Numbered from the whole stretch's first letter, positions 37,401 to 50,977 are shown. The stretch: DNA of 63,199 nucleotides, filler included, from Choristocarpus tenellus KU-1152 (GCA_964200185.2; 14 parts of 14 records of this genome joined end to end with filler, not necessarily neighbours in it); one strand, 5' to 3'. Numbers and translations: made by a program. Notes: generated from the letters alone by a model not told the origin.

Positions 37401-38260
37401 TGCAAGATATGATTCTTGTGTGAGTCATTGTCAAGAATGACATACAACAACAATCTATATCTGAAATACTGTTAGTGAACATCAAAATGAAAATATTAAA
37501 AATTGTGAATATGATTTAACTACATACATCGATGTTCATTCTACTATGTATATAAAACGTTGTTTTCACTCACATATGATACATACATTTACAACCTACA
37601 ACCAGTTCTAAATCAGTAGTAGTAGTAGTAGTAATATTAATGTAGGAAGTCATTTCTTGTAGGAAGAATACACTGTTATTTTCTTATAGTTCATATTCAA
37701 TTTATGTGTTTAATATCCCTAAATGTTTTGGACTACTTTGTGCATTTTATATTTTATATATACATTGTCGGTAAATCAACTGATCAATCAACAATTGAGA
37801 TCAGATAAGTTAGAAGATTGTGTGAGTTGAATAATAAATGGGTTGATATATTCATCCTAGAAAAAAATGTTTAGGAGGGGTTGAGTTATGGACCCCTTCG
37901 ATTACTTCTGGATTCCTACTGAATACATTTTGGAGGCGGACAGAAGACTTACGCCAGAACGCCAAAGTGAGGGGTAGAGAGTCTGCAGGAACACACAATG
38001 AACTGATAGATGTAAATCCAAGCTCGTACTACCTTGATCACCAAAGTGTCTTGCACACAGTCCGTGTGCCCTTGGGAGCCACGGAGCATAGATGCTGGTC
38101 GCCAGTTTCTGTTTTGGGCGCACATACCTTGTGGCTCAACTCCCTCTGGCTACCTCCCAGTCGAAGAGGTGCCAAGCGCCTAATTACAGATAGGACCTTG
38201 AGTGGAGCCATTATTCGTCACCACAAGAGAGGATAAATTTTCCGACACCGCTTCATCACC

Positions 38261-38538
38261 ATGCCACCAGCCTTGGCAGTCAATCGGTGGCAGAGTCCAA
38301 AGCACCAACCGTCATCACCTCTTACACCTACAGCCGAACACGATGCGTACCTTCAAGATCATAGGGAGACTGGGAGTCCCACAGAACTTTCACTTCCTTT
38401 GCGATCGCGTTATGTATGGAAGGGGCGTGTGCCAGATGCAGATGACAATCAGTCCCCTGGTCAGATGTCCAGTCTTTCAAGTGTGCGATCAGGGCGTGCC
38501 TCGAGATCAACCACAGGAGCTCGGTCGAGAGAACGAAG
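38261..38538 (+). CDS. Probable exon 1 of a large disordered protein
   Basis: ATG MPPALAVNRW...SRER|GTGAGT, phase 2. Confidence 0.65.
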
Positions 38539-38709
38539 GTGAGTTTGGCCATAGATACTGTCCTCTGTTTCTTTTACCGATCCTATATGGAGTGGGTCAC
38601 GGAACTCATGAAGAAATTTGCCACTCTATCGCTAACCTTCAACTCTGCTCAACTACTAACTGTCGCTACCATCGCTTTGGGTAATCGGTTCCCCCCTTTT
38701 CCCGTGTAG

Positions 38710-39073
38710 GTATTCCACGTTTGAGGCTCACATAGTGGATGGGGAAGTGCTTGACGGGGCAACAGGCTGGACGTCTCCCTTGAAAAGCCATGGGGGTTCC
38801 TCCCGTTTCCGTAAAAGGAGCAGTAGATTGGGCTCGTCACTCAGGCCAGGGGGAAGGAGTAATTTTTTCTTTGGTGTAGAGTACTCTGCCAAAGCGTCGA
38901 CTGGAGAAGAATCTGCAGGTGGTCGGTTGCCGTCCGGTAACTTGGAATCTAAGGCAGCTAGCATTTTGGGCATATCGGGAACGCATGACGTAACATCCAA
39001 GACCCAAGAGGTTGTTGGACTGGGAAGGAGGGAAGGAGAGGATGGCGAACCTGTGGCGTTGGAAGATGAAGAG
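38710..39073 (+). CDS. Probable exon 2 of large disordered protein
   Basis: TAG acceptor in matching phase 2 (R-YSTFEAHIVDGEV...LEDEE)|GTCAGT. Confidence 0.7.
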
Positions 39074-39636
39074 GTCAGTGTTTGCAAGTGTGCTTGGAGG
39101 GTACCTAGAAAATGATCTTGGTACCCAATGTGTCTTCATTTCTTGTGTAGTTCAAGTTCCCTTCTCGTAACCACGATAGCTAGATAAATCTTGATCGACT
39201 TCCAGTTCGCCAGCCCTTTTTGTGTTCTCTCCTTCGAATCCAACTTGTTGCATCCGTGGTTTGTAGGAGATCGATTTCGCAAGATTTCTTTGCATGATAT
39301 AATTGAGTCATGAAGTGCATCTTCTCTATGCAGTGCGATGCAATGGTCTGTGTTGGATCTTCTGTTGAAATTGTAGAGATTCTCAAGATGGTGACAGTCC
39401 CTGTGATTGGAGTTTCTCCCGGACAACTCCATTGAGAAACTTGCAGCATAGTTATTAGGTCATGCCACCACTCATGTGGGTATCTTATTGAGATCGTTCA
39501 AGTCCCAGCTCTGATCCCCCTTATGATTTTGTTGATGTGATACTCGTTCCAATTTGTTTGGGGCATCTTTAGCTTTTTGGAAGTAGGGACAAAATATACT
39601 ACTTGTGGTATGGACAGTGACCTGTCAAATGTTTAG

Positions 39637-42315
39637 TCCCGTGCAGATGTGTTACACTGTACTATGGCTCAGCATGCTGCACCCTTCTCTAAAAGGAGAC
39701 AATCAGTTAATTCTACAAATTGTGATTCCAATTCAATTGAAGTACTTTCTCACATTCCCATTTCTCCTTTCTCCATTTTCGATCCTGAGCAGGAGGACGA
39801 TGGTACAGTTATGGACAACGAGCCCCCTTCGCTTGAGCCCCTAAGCACACGGCGCAGAGAACGTGCCTCCAGGATGAGGGGTGCTGTCTCGCCTAGCTCT
39901 TCTCTCGGTGGATCTGTGTTTGGTGCTCCAACCAAGCCCAATGGGCAGAGGAATGGTTCCAATTCTGCAAAGGAACTGGGGAAGGAAGAAGTGGAATCAG
40001 GGGAGGGACCAGATGTATTGCGTAAGGGGAAGAATGTCCTCACCCCCCAGGACAAGTACAGATCGTCATCAACATCAGGGAGTAGCGGGGGAAGCAAGAC
40101 AAGTGCAATGTCTCTAGTGTCAATAGGGGATTCTGCTTCGCACTCTCCAATATCTGCACCCAATTCAGAATCGGAGCATGGGTTAGCGTACCATCTCCTG
40201 CAGTCTTCTGAAGTCCTTCCCACTGACAATGGCTGCGTGAAGCAGCAACAAGTAGAGAGTGTTAAAAGTGATGGTTTTGGCAGGGACGGGAGGGATGGTG
40301 GAAGGGGAACACATGGTGATGATGTCCTTCACCAGGGAGGTTTATTGGCAGATTCTAGTGGCAGCAACAGCACACAGGAAGAGTGTAGTACCTTGTTGGG
40401 GCTGGGTTCCCTATCTCACAATTTGCTGCAGAAGAGCTGGGACAAGTGCTCAGAGGCAGAGTCATCATTTGAGCCAAGACAATTACCGGTGATGGAGTGT
40501 GACTTAGAGAGAGAGGATCAAATGCGGACAGGGGGGGGGCAGGAAGAGGAGGATGAGTTGCAGGGAGGGAATATTTACGCATCTGTGAACAAGGTGAAGT
40601 GGAGAAATAATGGAAAAGGGTGGAAGCTAGGGACTTGGGCCGAGGCTACAGAGACACTGTCACAATGCAGTGCGGAGAGTCCTATCAAGGAGGTGCCCAA
40701 GATGGGGAGGGTGGCGGCTGCTGTCGCAGCGGTGAATGCAGCGGCAGCTCAGATTTCAGGAGGAGTGACAGCGGTGACAGCGGTGACAGCACCAAAATCA
40801 GTGTCTGAGAGAAGGGTGCTGGCTGGGAAGTCAGTGAAAGCAGTAAGGGAAGCGTGGGTTGCGCCACCGCTACGAAAAATAAATGTACTGGGAGGTTTTG
40901 ACAGTAATCGGGGGGGGGATGATGGGGAGAAGTATGCCCATACACCGTCATCTGCATCTGCTGTGGCATTGAATGTACAGTTGGGGGACCAAGGCTGTGG
41001 TTCGTCAATTTCTACTGACTTGAGAGGTGTGACTGTAGTGATGGGAGAGGATGATCCCAACGCTCGGAAAACTGCCTGGAATTCTAGCACAAGCACCAGT
41101 GAAGTGAGGGGTACTAGGAATAATGGTGCGAGGGCTGATGTTGTGGGGGTGGGGGAGAGTGGCGTTCTGGGGATGGAAGGGAACGAGGTTGAGCGACATA
41201 TGAGGGATGGGGGAGAGGAGAAGGTACCTCTTGGCGGTGAGGGAGAGGAGGGAGTGGGAGCAAGTGGGGGGGCTTGGGAGGGAAATGTCCACCGACGGTC
41301 TGTGTCTATGGGGGGAAGGGAACCAATTGGTTCGGCATCGTTTGAGGAACGCCTGAGGTACTGGGGGGATGCAACCTCTAGGCGTAAGAAGTCCCTGTCT
41401 ATTGGCCGACGGCGAAAGAGCTTGGGGGAGATTGCTGAGGGCTCTCCTGGCCAAGCTCCCCCCACTGGCATGAATGGTGGTGGGCTAATATCTCCAGCAG
41501 AGCTACGGGGGATGCCGGTTGTTCCAGGGCCAGACACGGATGATGACGATGAATCTTGGATGAGTTCTGTTCCGGTGTCGCCGAGCTCTTCTTGCTCTGG
41601 AGGATACGGTGATGGTGTAGGTGGTAGGGACAGAAATTTTGTGTCTTCCTCTGCTGCTGCGCTCACTGCTGCTGCCGTCACTGCTGCTGCCGTCACTGCT
41701 GCTGCTGTGTCAAGGGCGGCAGGCCCCCAGCCGGTTGAGTCGTTAGATCACTGGAAAAAGAGGGTGTCATCAGGGGCGCGGGAGGGATGGAGTTGTGGTC
41801 GTCAAACCAGCAGTGTGGTCACTTTCAGTTCTGGATTATCAGGTGTGAATTCAGTGGGGCTACCGACAAAGGGGATAGATTCTGAGCATGGTCGCAGGAG
41901 TTGTGACCGTGCCAGAAGCTCTAGTAGAGATAGAGTGAGTGAACTTTTGCCAATGGAGTCTGAGCATAGTGTAGGTATGGATGATGTGGATGACAAGCAG
42001 TGGCAAGACAGGAGTTTTGTGGCTAATAAAGATGTGAGGTCTGGGGCTAGGGTAGGGGCCCAGGGGAAGAAAACATCTGGGGTGGGGGGGGTAGAGAAGA
42101 GGAATGGCGGGGTCGGAGTGGAGGAGGGTGACCAAGACACAGAGCCGGCGTCAGAGGAAGATGATACTCGAGTGGTGGGCCGGCTTAGAGATAGATTGTC
42201 TGAGATCTGCAAGAAGATAGAGGTGAAACCGGTGGAGAACCTCAGTGACCATGTGAGAGATGATCGGTCTTCACGATCACGTCGTCGTCGTCAGAGGATG
42301 AATGTGAGTTCGCAG
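39637..42315 (+). CDS. Very long (2679 bp) exon, Ser/Gly/Glu-rich intrinsically disordered protein of unknown function
   Basis: About 890 codons without a stop; phase-0 TAG acceptor at 39634-39636; candidate donor CAG|GTGGTA (otherwise stop at 42339). No recognisable domain. Confidence 0.82.
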
Positions 42316-43262
42316 GTGGTACTTACATCAGTGTCATGAGTGTTTGTACTGTACTTCTTTTCCCTCACCAGTTTTGTGATTTATTTTTGAATATGCGTAT
42401 TTTACTTTGAAGTGTTTGTTTTGTGGAATCTTTACCCCCCTCTCTCCCATCCCCGTCCTCCCCCCAATTTACGCACCCTCTCCTNNNNNNNNNNTTTTTC
42501 CCCCCCCATTTTTTTGTTTTTTTTTTGATTTTGTGTTTTTTTTTTTGAGGTTTTTTTTTTTGGAAATCTTTCCCCCCCCCTCCCCCCCCCCCCCCCCCCT
42601 CCAACTATGTGACCCTTTGTTTTATGTAATGGGCCAAAGAGCCTCTCGTTGGTGCTAGTAGGGGCAATTTGGAGTATGGGGAGGCACAGGCGAATTCAAA
42701 TTGTACTGTTCCTGCAGGAGGATGACCCTTGTTTTGTGTTCTTTAATAACGCCTATTAGGTGGCATGCATTTGGTTGGAACAATAATGCGATAATGCCTA
42801 TTAGGTTGGAACAAAAGGTTCTAGCTCTTTCTCGCAATGAATTATTGTCACCTCTGCATTAAGCACTTACTTGTTCATACATTTGTCACCTCTTTAATGG
42901 TAACACCCCTCATAATAGCTCTTGGTTTTCTTTTTTGTTCCCCTGCCCCCCCCCCCCACCCTACTCCTACCCCTTACTGGTACTGCTTATTCCGCACTGC
43001 CTTTTGTATCCCNNNNNNNNNNNNNNNNNNNNNNNNNNNNNNNNNNNNNNNNNNNNTTAATTAATTAANNNNNNNNNNNNNNNNNNNNNNNNNNNNNNNN
43101 NNNNNNNNNNNNCCCGGCAGTCTTTCGAGTCTCCCTCCACTACTTTCCCCCCCCTCCCCCCCATCGACCATTGTTTTTTTCAATTGTCTTGCGCCAATAG
43201 TGATACGACTACTACCCACTGTGCTGTTTCTTTTTGTCTCTCATTGAATTGTGCGTTTGCAG

Positions 43263-43447
43263 GGTGCATGAGAGATCCAGTCATGTACCGGATGAACCTA
43301 ACCCCCCACCATCGGACTGGGACCAAATACAAGGCATACCCTACCTACGACTTTGCCTGCCCCATAATTGACTCAATTGAGGGTGTCTCCCATGCATTAC
43401 GTACCACTGAGTACAATGATAGGGATGAACAGTATGCCTGGTTCCAG
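43263..43447 (+). CDS. GluRS: Cytosolic (eukaryotic-type) glutamyl-tRNA synthetase, internal exon
   Basis: CAG|[62 protein letters not shown]|GTGAGT; YPTYDFACP and HALRTTEY are typical of eukaryotic GluRS/EPRS rather than GlnRS. Confidence 0.95.
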
Positions 43448-45869
43448 GTGAGTGTTCCAACAGATTGGAAGGGTGGAGATGAAGGAGGGTTTCGCCTGTG
43501 TGTGTGTGTGTGTGCCTGTGTGGATTTTTTCATTTGATTTTTACGTGTTGGCTCAAGATGTGTGATGCAATGTCGCTGTCAAAATTTTGGCAGGTGTTTG
43601 TTACTATTTTTTTGTCTTTTTGTGTACAGAGGTACTCGTTCTTACTGCAAAGTATGTGTCTTGTTGATGGTTTGGTATTGTTGAGGAAGGCTTTTTCTGA
43701 AGTAGTACAGTAAGTTGTATACACAGGACTTTACGCAGGAATTGCTGGTACTTGGGTTAGCCTGGGGGACTGGGCTGCTCTGGCCCAGCCTCATGAAGGT
43801 TTTTTTATGACCTGGGCCAGGTCTTTGCACAGGCTGGCCCTGCCTGTAGACAGTACGGTGATCACAGTATATGTTTGATAGCTTTGTTAGTATTTTCTGG
43901 AGAGTGAGCCCTCAAGAGACACACCCCAAATGGTCTAGAAAATGACATATAGTGCCAACACCATGTGTAAGGAAATCCCTATCTGGGTCTATACATCACA
44001 AAAACGTTTTGGTCCCTCCAGGAACCCAGCCCCATCGTAAAATATTTTTTTTGCACTCCATTTGTTTTTTTCAAAGTGTTTAAATTTTGTATATAAAATT
44101 GTGAATATGTTCTCATTCTGATTTTTTTTAAATACTTTTTTTTGCAGAAAAGAAACACTTAAAAGTTCACCCACAAATCCACCTGACCCCACCCAGCTGT
44201 TAAAAGCTAAGACCCAATGCAGTCCTTTTGAAATATGTGTTTCCTGAGTCGGTCTGTGGCCTACCTCCAATAACAAAGCTGAAAGTCCTTTTTTTAATAT
44301 TTTTTCAATCTGACTCCAAGTTCAGCTCTGTCATTATTATTATAGTGATAAAATATTCTTATTGAAGCCAACTTGCAGTCTGGCCTGGTCGCACTTGCCT
44401 GGTTGGCAATAAACCCCTGGATGTGTACGTGTAGCTACAATTATATATTTCTGTAAAATTATTCTGTACAGAATAAGAAGTAACAAAAAAACAAGACTAG
44501 TAAAATACAGTGAAAAGTGCGGATGAACCTAGCATGTAGAAGATGTGAAATTCTTCCTTGAAATTTTGTAATCATGGCGGCAAGCTGGAGTGCATGATGT
44601 TGGTTTGAGGTTCTAACTCCGCATGGAACCCAAGATGCGGAGTTAGAACAATTTCTAACAGTAAGGCTTACTGGCAAATTTAGAACAATTTCTTCAACCA
44701 CTCAATGTTTGGCTAAAGGCATTCAATAACATTGTAAAATCTGTTACGGGTCAATTCATGCCATAAGATACATATATATACACGAAATGAAAGCTGTCGG
44801 CTTAACGCTTCAATCAAGGTAGAGGGTATAGTATTAATTGCACCTTTGACTCTCAGTACAGCATGCAATAAGGTGTGTAATCTGATGGATTGGAGTGTTT
44901 CTTTTGGGGGGCGAGGGGATTTGTTGTGTGGGTTTTTTTCACAGAACACACGTGATATGTTGGTTGTAAAATTAGAAAGAACATTTAGAAATAATAAAAT
45001 AATGAAACAATGCCTGGAGAATTTGGAGTACTAGGAGTGTTGCTAGGTTGTCTTTTGGTATCCATTTTTTTTTGCTACAGATTTGGGATTCAGGTTACCT
45101 GACAGCTTCAACACTGTCATTGTTGCTGCCTTCCACCGTCCATCATTAGTTCCAACTTATCATTCTCCTGCAAAATCTCCTCTTCTACCCCCCTCCCCCC
45201 CCCCTCTACAATATCCATTGGTCTCAATGTTTCAGCTCATCGGGGGAATTTGTCATTTTTAAAACATCTTCCTCCATTATCTTGTTGCAAATAGGCAAAT
45301 ACTTCCGTAATTGAGCTAGCTTTTTAACACTCCCTCTCCCAACCCCTCCCCCCCCCGCTTCCTGCCCAAGGTGGTAAATATTTTACATCTCTCCTCCCCT
45401 AGTTTTTAGAGTGTTAAGAACCTTCCTATATCCCATTCCTACTGCTTGACAGATCACCTCCAACACCCCACTCTTACCCAACTGTTGGGAGTTATTTTTT
45501 CTCTTTAAATGACCTGTTGGAATTAGAACCAGTTCGGTGCTAAATTAAATCTTAATTATTCTTATTTTATTTCCAAAGTGCAGTAGAGTTTTTTCTCTTT
45601 GGGGATGGGGAAGGCAGGAGGACTGTTGCATTTTTTCTTTTTTTGTGTGTGCATTTTCTAGACGCACGGTTATGATGTTGTGAATCCTAATGTTTGAGGG
45701 GACATGGCCCCCCCCCCCCCCCCCCCCCCCGCGGCGAGAGGGAAAAAAAAAAAAANNNNNNNNNNNNNNNNNNNNNNNNNNNNNNNNNNNNNNNNNNNNT
45801 TAATTAATTAANNNNNNNNNNNNNNNNNNNNNNNNNNNNNNNNNNNNNNNNNNNNTTTCTTCTACCACT

Positions 45870-46127
45870 GAGCCAAAGTATCTTGAGGGTAGAGCCGTGT
45901 CCATTTGGAGGCCAAAATCCAATGTTTCGATTTTGATGTAATTTTGGCTATCGTATTTGTTAGGAAGTGTCAACATCCATGTTCCGGACACACCTTTTCA
46001 TGACATAAACACTTTGGCTACTCGTAAACATTTTGGAGTAGAAAAATGTCATAAAAGAACCCATGGGAAGCTAAGCCCCAAATGGATAAACAGGGCAAAA
46101 CTCGTACCCTCTAACATACTTTCACTC
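45870..46127 (+). mobile_element. MITE family A, full copy
   Basis: GAGCCAAAGTATCTTG...CATACTTTCACTC flanked by ACT/ACT. Confidence 0.9.
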
Positions 46128-48480
46128 ACTGCCTTTGAGTAAACCTGTGATTGCTGCCCTCCGCTCCCCCAGCAGCAAGATTAATTCTTTTGGCAATTTT
46201 GGGTATGTTCTTTGTCGGTGTACATAAACATTATGGATTTGGAAGACCTTTCACCAGGAATTCCAATTGAGGTCTGGTTTGTCCGTTTTTTTCCTGTGCT
46301 CAGGCCTCGTTACCTTGCACCAAATATATCAATGGCTTGGATATCTAAATGTGGGTGGCAGTGGCAGTTATGGGGTTGTGATGTATCAGGGACAAAGATG
46401 AGGTGAAAGGACAGGAAAAGGAACAGAGGACCTCTCAAGACCAGAGGACCAGAACTATATCAAGATGGCTCAGTGCACGCTACTCCAGGAGTGAAATGCG
46501 CATAAGAAATCAAAACAGAACACCCAACAGATTCGGTCTAGCTCAAGTCTGACAGTAGAGTTGAGACAGCGGACAATGCGACCCGACGGATGAGGATCCC
46601 TCTATAGGATCTCAGACAAACAAGGTCCGCTCAAGAAGGCCTTGGACAAATATAGAATCAATGGAGATTCAGACAACAGGGTGGAGGTCTGATTGATGAC
46701 CAGCAAAGCTAGATCAGCACTCAGCAAACTGGAAAGACCCTCGGCAAATCTTCACCGGAGGTGTCCCTCAGGCCTGCCGTCCATGTACACATGAAGTTGA
46801 AATTAAAACCGTACAATCTGGTCATTCTCTTAAACATGGCGAAATCTGAAAAAATGCGATGTAAAAATGAGTTACACGGTAAGAAATACCCGCTACCAAT
46901 GCTTGCGTTTTTTTCACCATGATCCTCACTAATTTTTCTTTCATCTTATATTTATTGCTACTATTAATATTAAGATATTACATAGTAGTTACTTTGTACT
47001 CAGTAGCTCTTTCTAGACGCGAAGCAGTGGATATCTATCTTCAGACCCTCCCACCTCTTCTCTTTTACCTATTGTCGAACATTTTTTTGGTTAATTTTGC
47101 AGTATTAGGGGGATGGTTGGCCATGGAGATGGAAGAACCCACATTGTGGGCTACTTATTTCCAGTTTTATTTTTCCTTTTTGGATGGTTGGCCCAGATTA
47201 TATTTTCTTTTATTGCCATTTGGCAGGTTCCTACCCTGTAGTGCCCTCACCATTTTTTAAGAGTTCCCTGTTAGCCACTTGGAAAGTCACAGTCATGCAT
47301 AGACCCCACAGTTACACGTGTACTACTTAGCTTGATCATCAATTTTGCACAGGCAGGCACAGACCCCCCACTGCGACAGCACATCCCTATCCCCTTCTGT
47401 CTTGTGCTTCTGGAGCACCGTGGCTGCTGGATAGATGGAGCTTCTCCTATCCTCCTCCAAACACAGACCATACAGCCCCTCTGTGCTTGTCCACCTGGTA
47501 CTTCTCCAGTATTGTGGCTGCTTAGTTGTGGATGTTCTCCTCTTCTTTCCCCCCCTGTATAGCCCCCACAGGTGTACCCAGGCACAATCCCCTCACCGTT
47601 TCTTTTTGTCCTGGTGGTGCTGAAGCACAGTCGCTACTAGCTGGCAGAGCTTTCCCTTTCTTTTCCCCCTCAACCCTGCCCCCAACTGTTACCCACAAAA
47701 AGTATTGTGTCTTGCAGCGCCCTACCCTGGCTATAGATTGTCGGCAGCAGTCCTTTAGGGTTGTTGCTTGTGAGACGGAGGTGTACCTGCCTGCAGTGGT
47801 GCATTTTTCATACCAACTCTCTTCGTAAAGAAATGTCTGGTATGAAAGGAGTTATTGAACAAACGAAATTTGTGTAGGGAACAGCACAATCATTTGGCAC
47901 CTGGCTCTATTCTGGCACAGAGACCCGTTCCGCCATCCTACCAGCCGCAATTTTTTTTTTGGGGGTGCTCACTATCATGCGTCTAAAATATGTAGGCAAA
48001 AAAATCAAAACAACACGCTCACATGACCCCAGAATGGACACCTGTGCACGATTTGGACCTTTGCTTTGATCCACCCCGCGAAAAAATAAATTAGAAGTAT
48101 AATTCTAGTATTTCATTCACTGTTTTCTTTTCTTGTCATGTCCATTTTTGTCTTTCTGCGTGTATGGAAGTACACTATAGATTCAAATTTTGTCACACAT
48201 GAAATATCACTATTTTAAATATCTGTTTTTGGTACTGTTGCTTAGAATAAGTGCAGTATTTCATCACTATACGTTTGTGTATACTTCACTGCCCACACGT
48301 TTTACTCAGTACATTAAATGCTTTCAGGGTGCTGAGGGTAGCACACATACCCTATTCGGTGAGTGTGCCCTTTGTTTTTTTTTTGTATGATTGTGTATTA
48401 TTTTTGTGTACTTTATTTCCATTACTTCGATCAATAGTTGATATTTTGGTTATTTAATTATCACACCTTTCCTCAGGTTG

Positions 48481-48741
48481 GAGTCAAAGTATCTTAGAGG
48501 GTAGAGTGCTGTCCATTTGGGGGTCAAAATCCAATGTTGTGATTTTGATGTAATTTTACCTATCGTGTTCATTCGGAATTGTCAATATCCTTGTTCCAGA
48601 CACACCTTTTCATAACATACACATTTTACCTACTCCAAAACATTTTGGAATAGGAAAATATCATAAAAAAACCCCATGGGGAGCCAAGCACCAAAGGGAC
48701 AAAACAGGGCAAAATTCGTACTCTCTAAGATGCTTTCACTT
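48481..48741 (+). mobile_element. MITE family A, full copy
   Basis: GAGTCAAAGTATCTTAGAGGGTAG...AGATGCTTTCACT; right end slightly altered, TSD ambiguous. Confidence 0.9.
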
Positions 48742-48921
48742 GTTGCTCACGTTTTATGCTCAGTAGGAAGTATTAGCCCGAATACTTACCCTAAGCTTCC
48801 AAGCACCTTGTGTACCCTCTTTAGTTTATTATCAATTAATCATTTTGACTTTCCCCCTGTTTTTTACCCCCCCCCTCCCTGTACAAATATGTTCAAAATA
48901 CTTTTTTTAGTGGTACTGCAG

Positions 48922-48979
48922 GTTCTACCTTGGGAGGCGGTGTTCTGATGATGAACGTCAGGTTTCTAGGGGGCTCAAG
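48922..48979 (+). CDS. Possible isolated 58-bp exon of an unknown gene
   Basis: CTGCAG acceptor and AAG|GTGGGT donor around a GC-richer stretch open in two frames; no homology recognised. Confidence 0.3.
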
Positions 48980-49164
48980 GTGGGTATGTATCACACACAC
49001 ACATTCACACACACACTAACTGACCTGCCTGCATGCAGGATGCTGGATAGATCCCATTTCATAATTGCGAGTAAATAAGAATCATGATGAGGGGACCACT
49101 TTTGAGGGAGTGCAGTGAAGCAGAGCACTCTTTGTGTTTTTGTCAGTGCAGGTTCTAGACGTAA

Positions 49165-49385
49165 GAGTCAAAGTATCTTGGAGGGTAGAGCTGCGTCCCT
49201 TTGGCGACCAAAATCCAATGTTTCGATTTTTGATGTAATTTTGGCTATTGTGTTTGTTAGGAAGTGTCAATATCCTTGTTCCATACACACCTTTTCATAA
49301 CATATGCATTTTACAAAACCGTGGGAAGTCACGCCCAAAATGGACAAACAGGGCAAAAATCCTACCCTCTAAGATACTTTCACTC
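49165..49385 (+). mobile_element. MITE family A copy with internal deletion
   Basis: Both TIRs intact, TAA/TAA TSD; lacks the central hairpin. Confidence 0.9.
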
Positions 49386-50436
49386 TAAAACTCAATCCAA
49401 TGTATCTCCAAAAAAATTCTGGTCATATCAGTAAATAAATATGGAGTATATTGTAATTCATGATTGCCAAAAGGACTAGAACACTGGTATGTATTTGGAC
49501 ATGCAAGAAACAATGTAGTATCAATAGTAGATAAGGTACTTCATTACCTTGATCGTGCATGACAAGACAAAGAGGGTTGCTGAGAAAAATACGGTGAGAG
49601 AGAGTAGCACCCTGTGGACCTTGTCCTGAGGCATGCTGAAAAACCTCTATGGAGAGGAACAACTGTTACCGGCCAGGGCAGTGTGTCTTGTTGATATCCT
49701 TCAGCGTCTGCACCGCCTCATGCAGCATGCACTCAAGTCCGCTGTTTGCCGAAGGAGACTTGGCCGCAAGAAAATTTCTTGGAAGAAAGCCTCCCTATGC
49801 TGTGGCCGATCTTCCTTGGACTAATGGTACAGTTGAGATAATGGTGTATGTAATGGTATGGAAGAAGGTCCGTTTGCTGCAACCCATCTCTTGTTGAACC
49901 GCCTCAGTTGTACAAGTGAGCATATATGGTGCATGAGGTGATGTGTGGAAGAAAAACTTTGCTGTGGTTAGCTTTCTTTGGACAAATGGCACAATTGCTG
50001 AATGGATTATGTAAGGCATGGTGTGGATGCTGAAGAAATTGTTCAACGAGATGCTCTGCCCCATGTCTGTGTTTGTGGCGGTGGTTGTTGCATTGCATTG
50101 GATTGATGTTTTGGCAAGCTTTGCAACAAGGGTTAAGGGTTCCCTCTTTCACTGTATTCCTTCTTTTTCTTTGTGTCCGCTGAGGGTTAGGTTTAGGGTT
50201 ATGGGAGAGTGTGAGTGTGGAGGCCATTGTAGAGAACTTGTTCATTATAGAGTAAGTTGAATTATTCATGTTCGTGATAGTATTGCGAAGGAGAATAGTA
50301 GGCTTTGGTGCAAAGACTACAACAGAGTAAAGGGAGCGATTCATTGTCCTGGCAACCTGCAATTGAGTGTAGTTGGTGAGGGTTTGACGTGACGTATCGG
50401 AAAACAAACTAGTGAGTCGAATGTTTCGTTATCCTT

Positions 50437-50507
50437 GAGCTAAAGTATCTTAGAGGGTAGAGCCGCGTCCACTTTGGGGGCCAGTTTCCTATGTTGCGAT
50501 TTTGATG
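50437..50507 (+). mobile_element. MITE family A, truncated at contig end
   Basis: GAGCTAAAGTATCTTAGAGGGTAGAGCCGCGTCC...TTTTGATG. Confidence 0.85.
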
Positions 50508-50793
50508 NNNNNNNNNNNNNNNNNNNNNNNNNNNNNNNNNNNNNNNNNNNNTTAATTAATTAANNNNNNNNNNNNNNNNNNNNNNNNNNNNNNNNNNNNN
50601 NNNNNNNGTGTTGTTTTGTTTTGTTGTTTTTTTTTTTTGTTTCTGTTCTGGATGGGGGGGGTGACCTTTTTTTGGGGGGGGGGGGGGGGGGGGGGGTGCT
50701 TTTTAAAGTGTAGATGGAGCGTTGATGTTGGCCTGTCCGGTGCTGTTGATGTTGCTCTTTTTTTTTTTTAGTCTCACAACCTTCTCGGATCTT

Positions 50794-50821
50794 CTAATCA
50801 AACCCTAACCCTAATCAAACC
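50794..50821 (+). repeat. Single telomeric unit flanked by 11-bp direct repeat
   Basis: CTAATCAAACC-[CTAACC]-CTAATCAAACC. Confidence 0.65.
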
Positions 50822-50936
50822 TGTAGTAGTGTGCTGCTATGACTGATAGTCTTACACATTTTGTGTCTGTTTTTGAAATTTCAGCACCTTGTCAGTAGTG
50901 TTCTTTACTTCATCTACACACAGTCACAAAGTATTC

Positions 50937-50977
<41 letters not shown>

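Noticed and set aside
40749-41696. 315-aa antisense ORF and other shadow ORFs
   Set aside because: Mirror frames of a GC-rich low-complexity exon.
12398-43447. Apparent cluster of PGM2, FAD oxidoreductase, HECT ligase and GluRS
   Set aside because: Each gene is on a separate contig joined artificially; no linkage can be inferred.
43715-44430. Possible TIR element with GC-rich CCAG/CTGG ends; similar stretch at ~62200-62470
   Set aside because: Inverted match too short and degenerate; no TSD identified.
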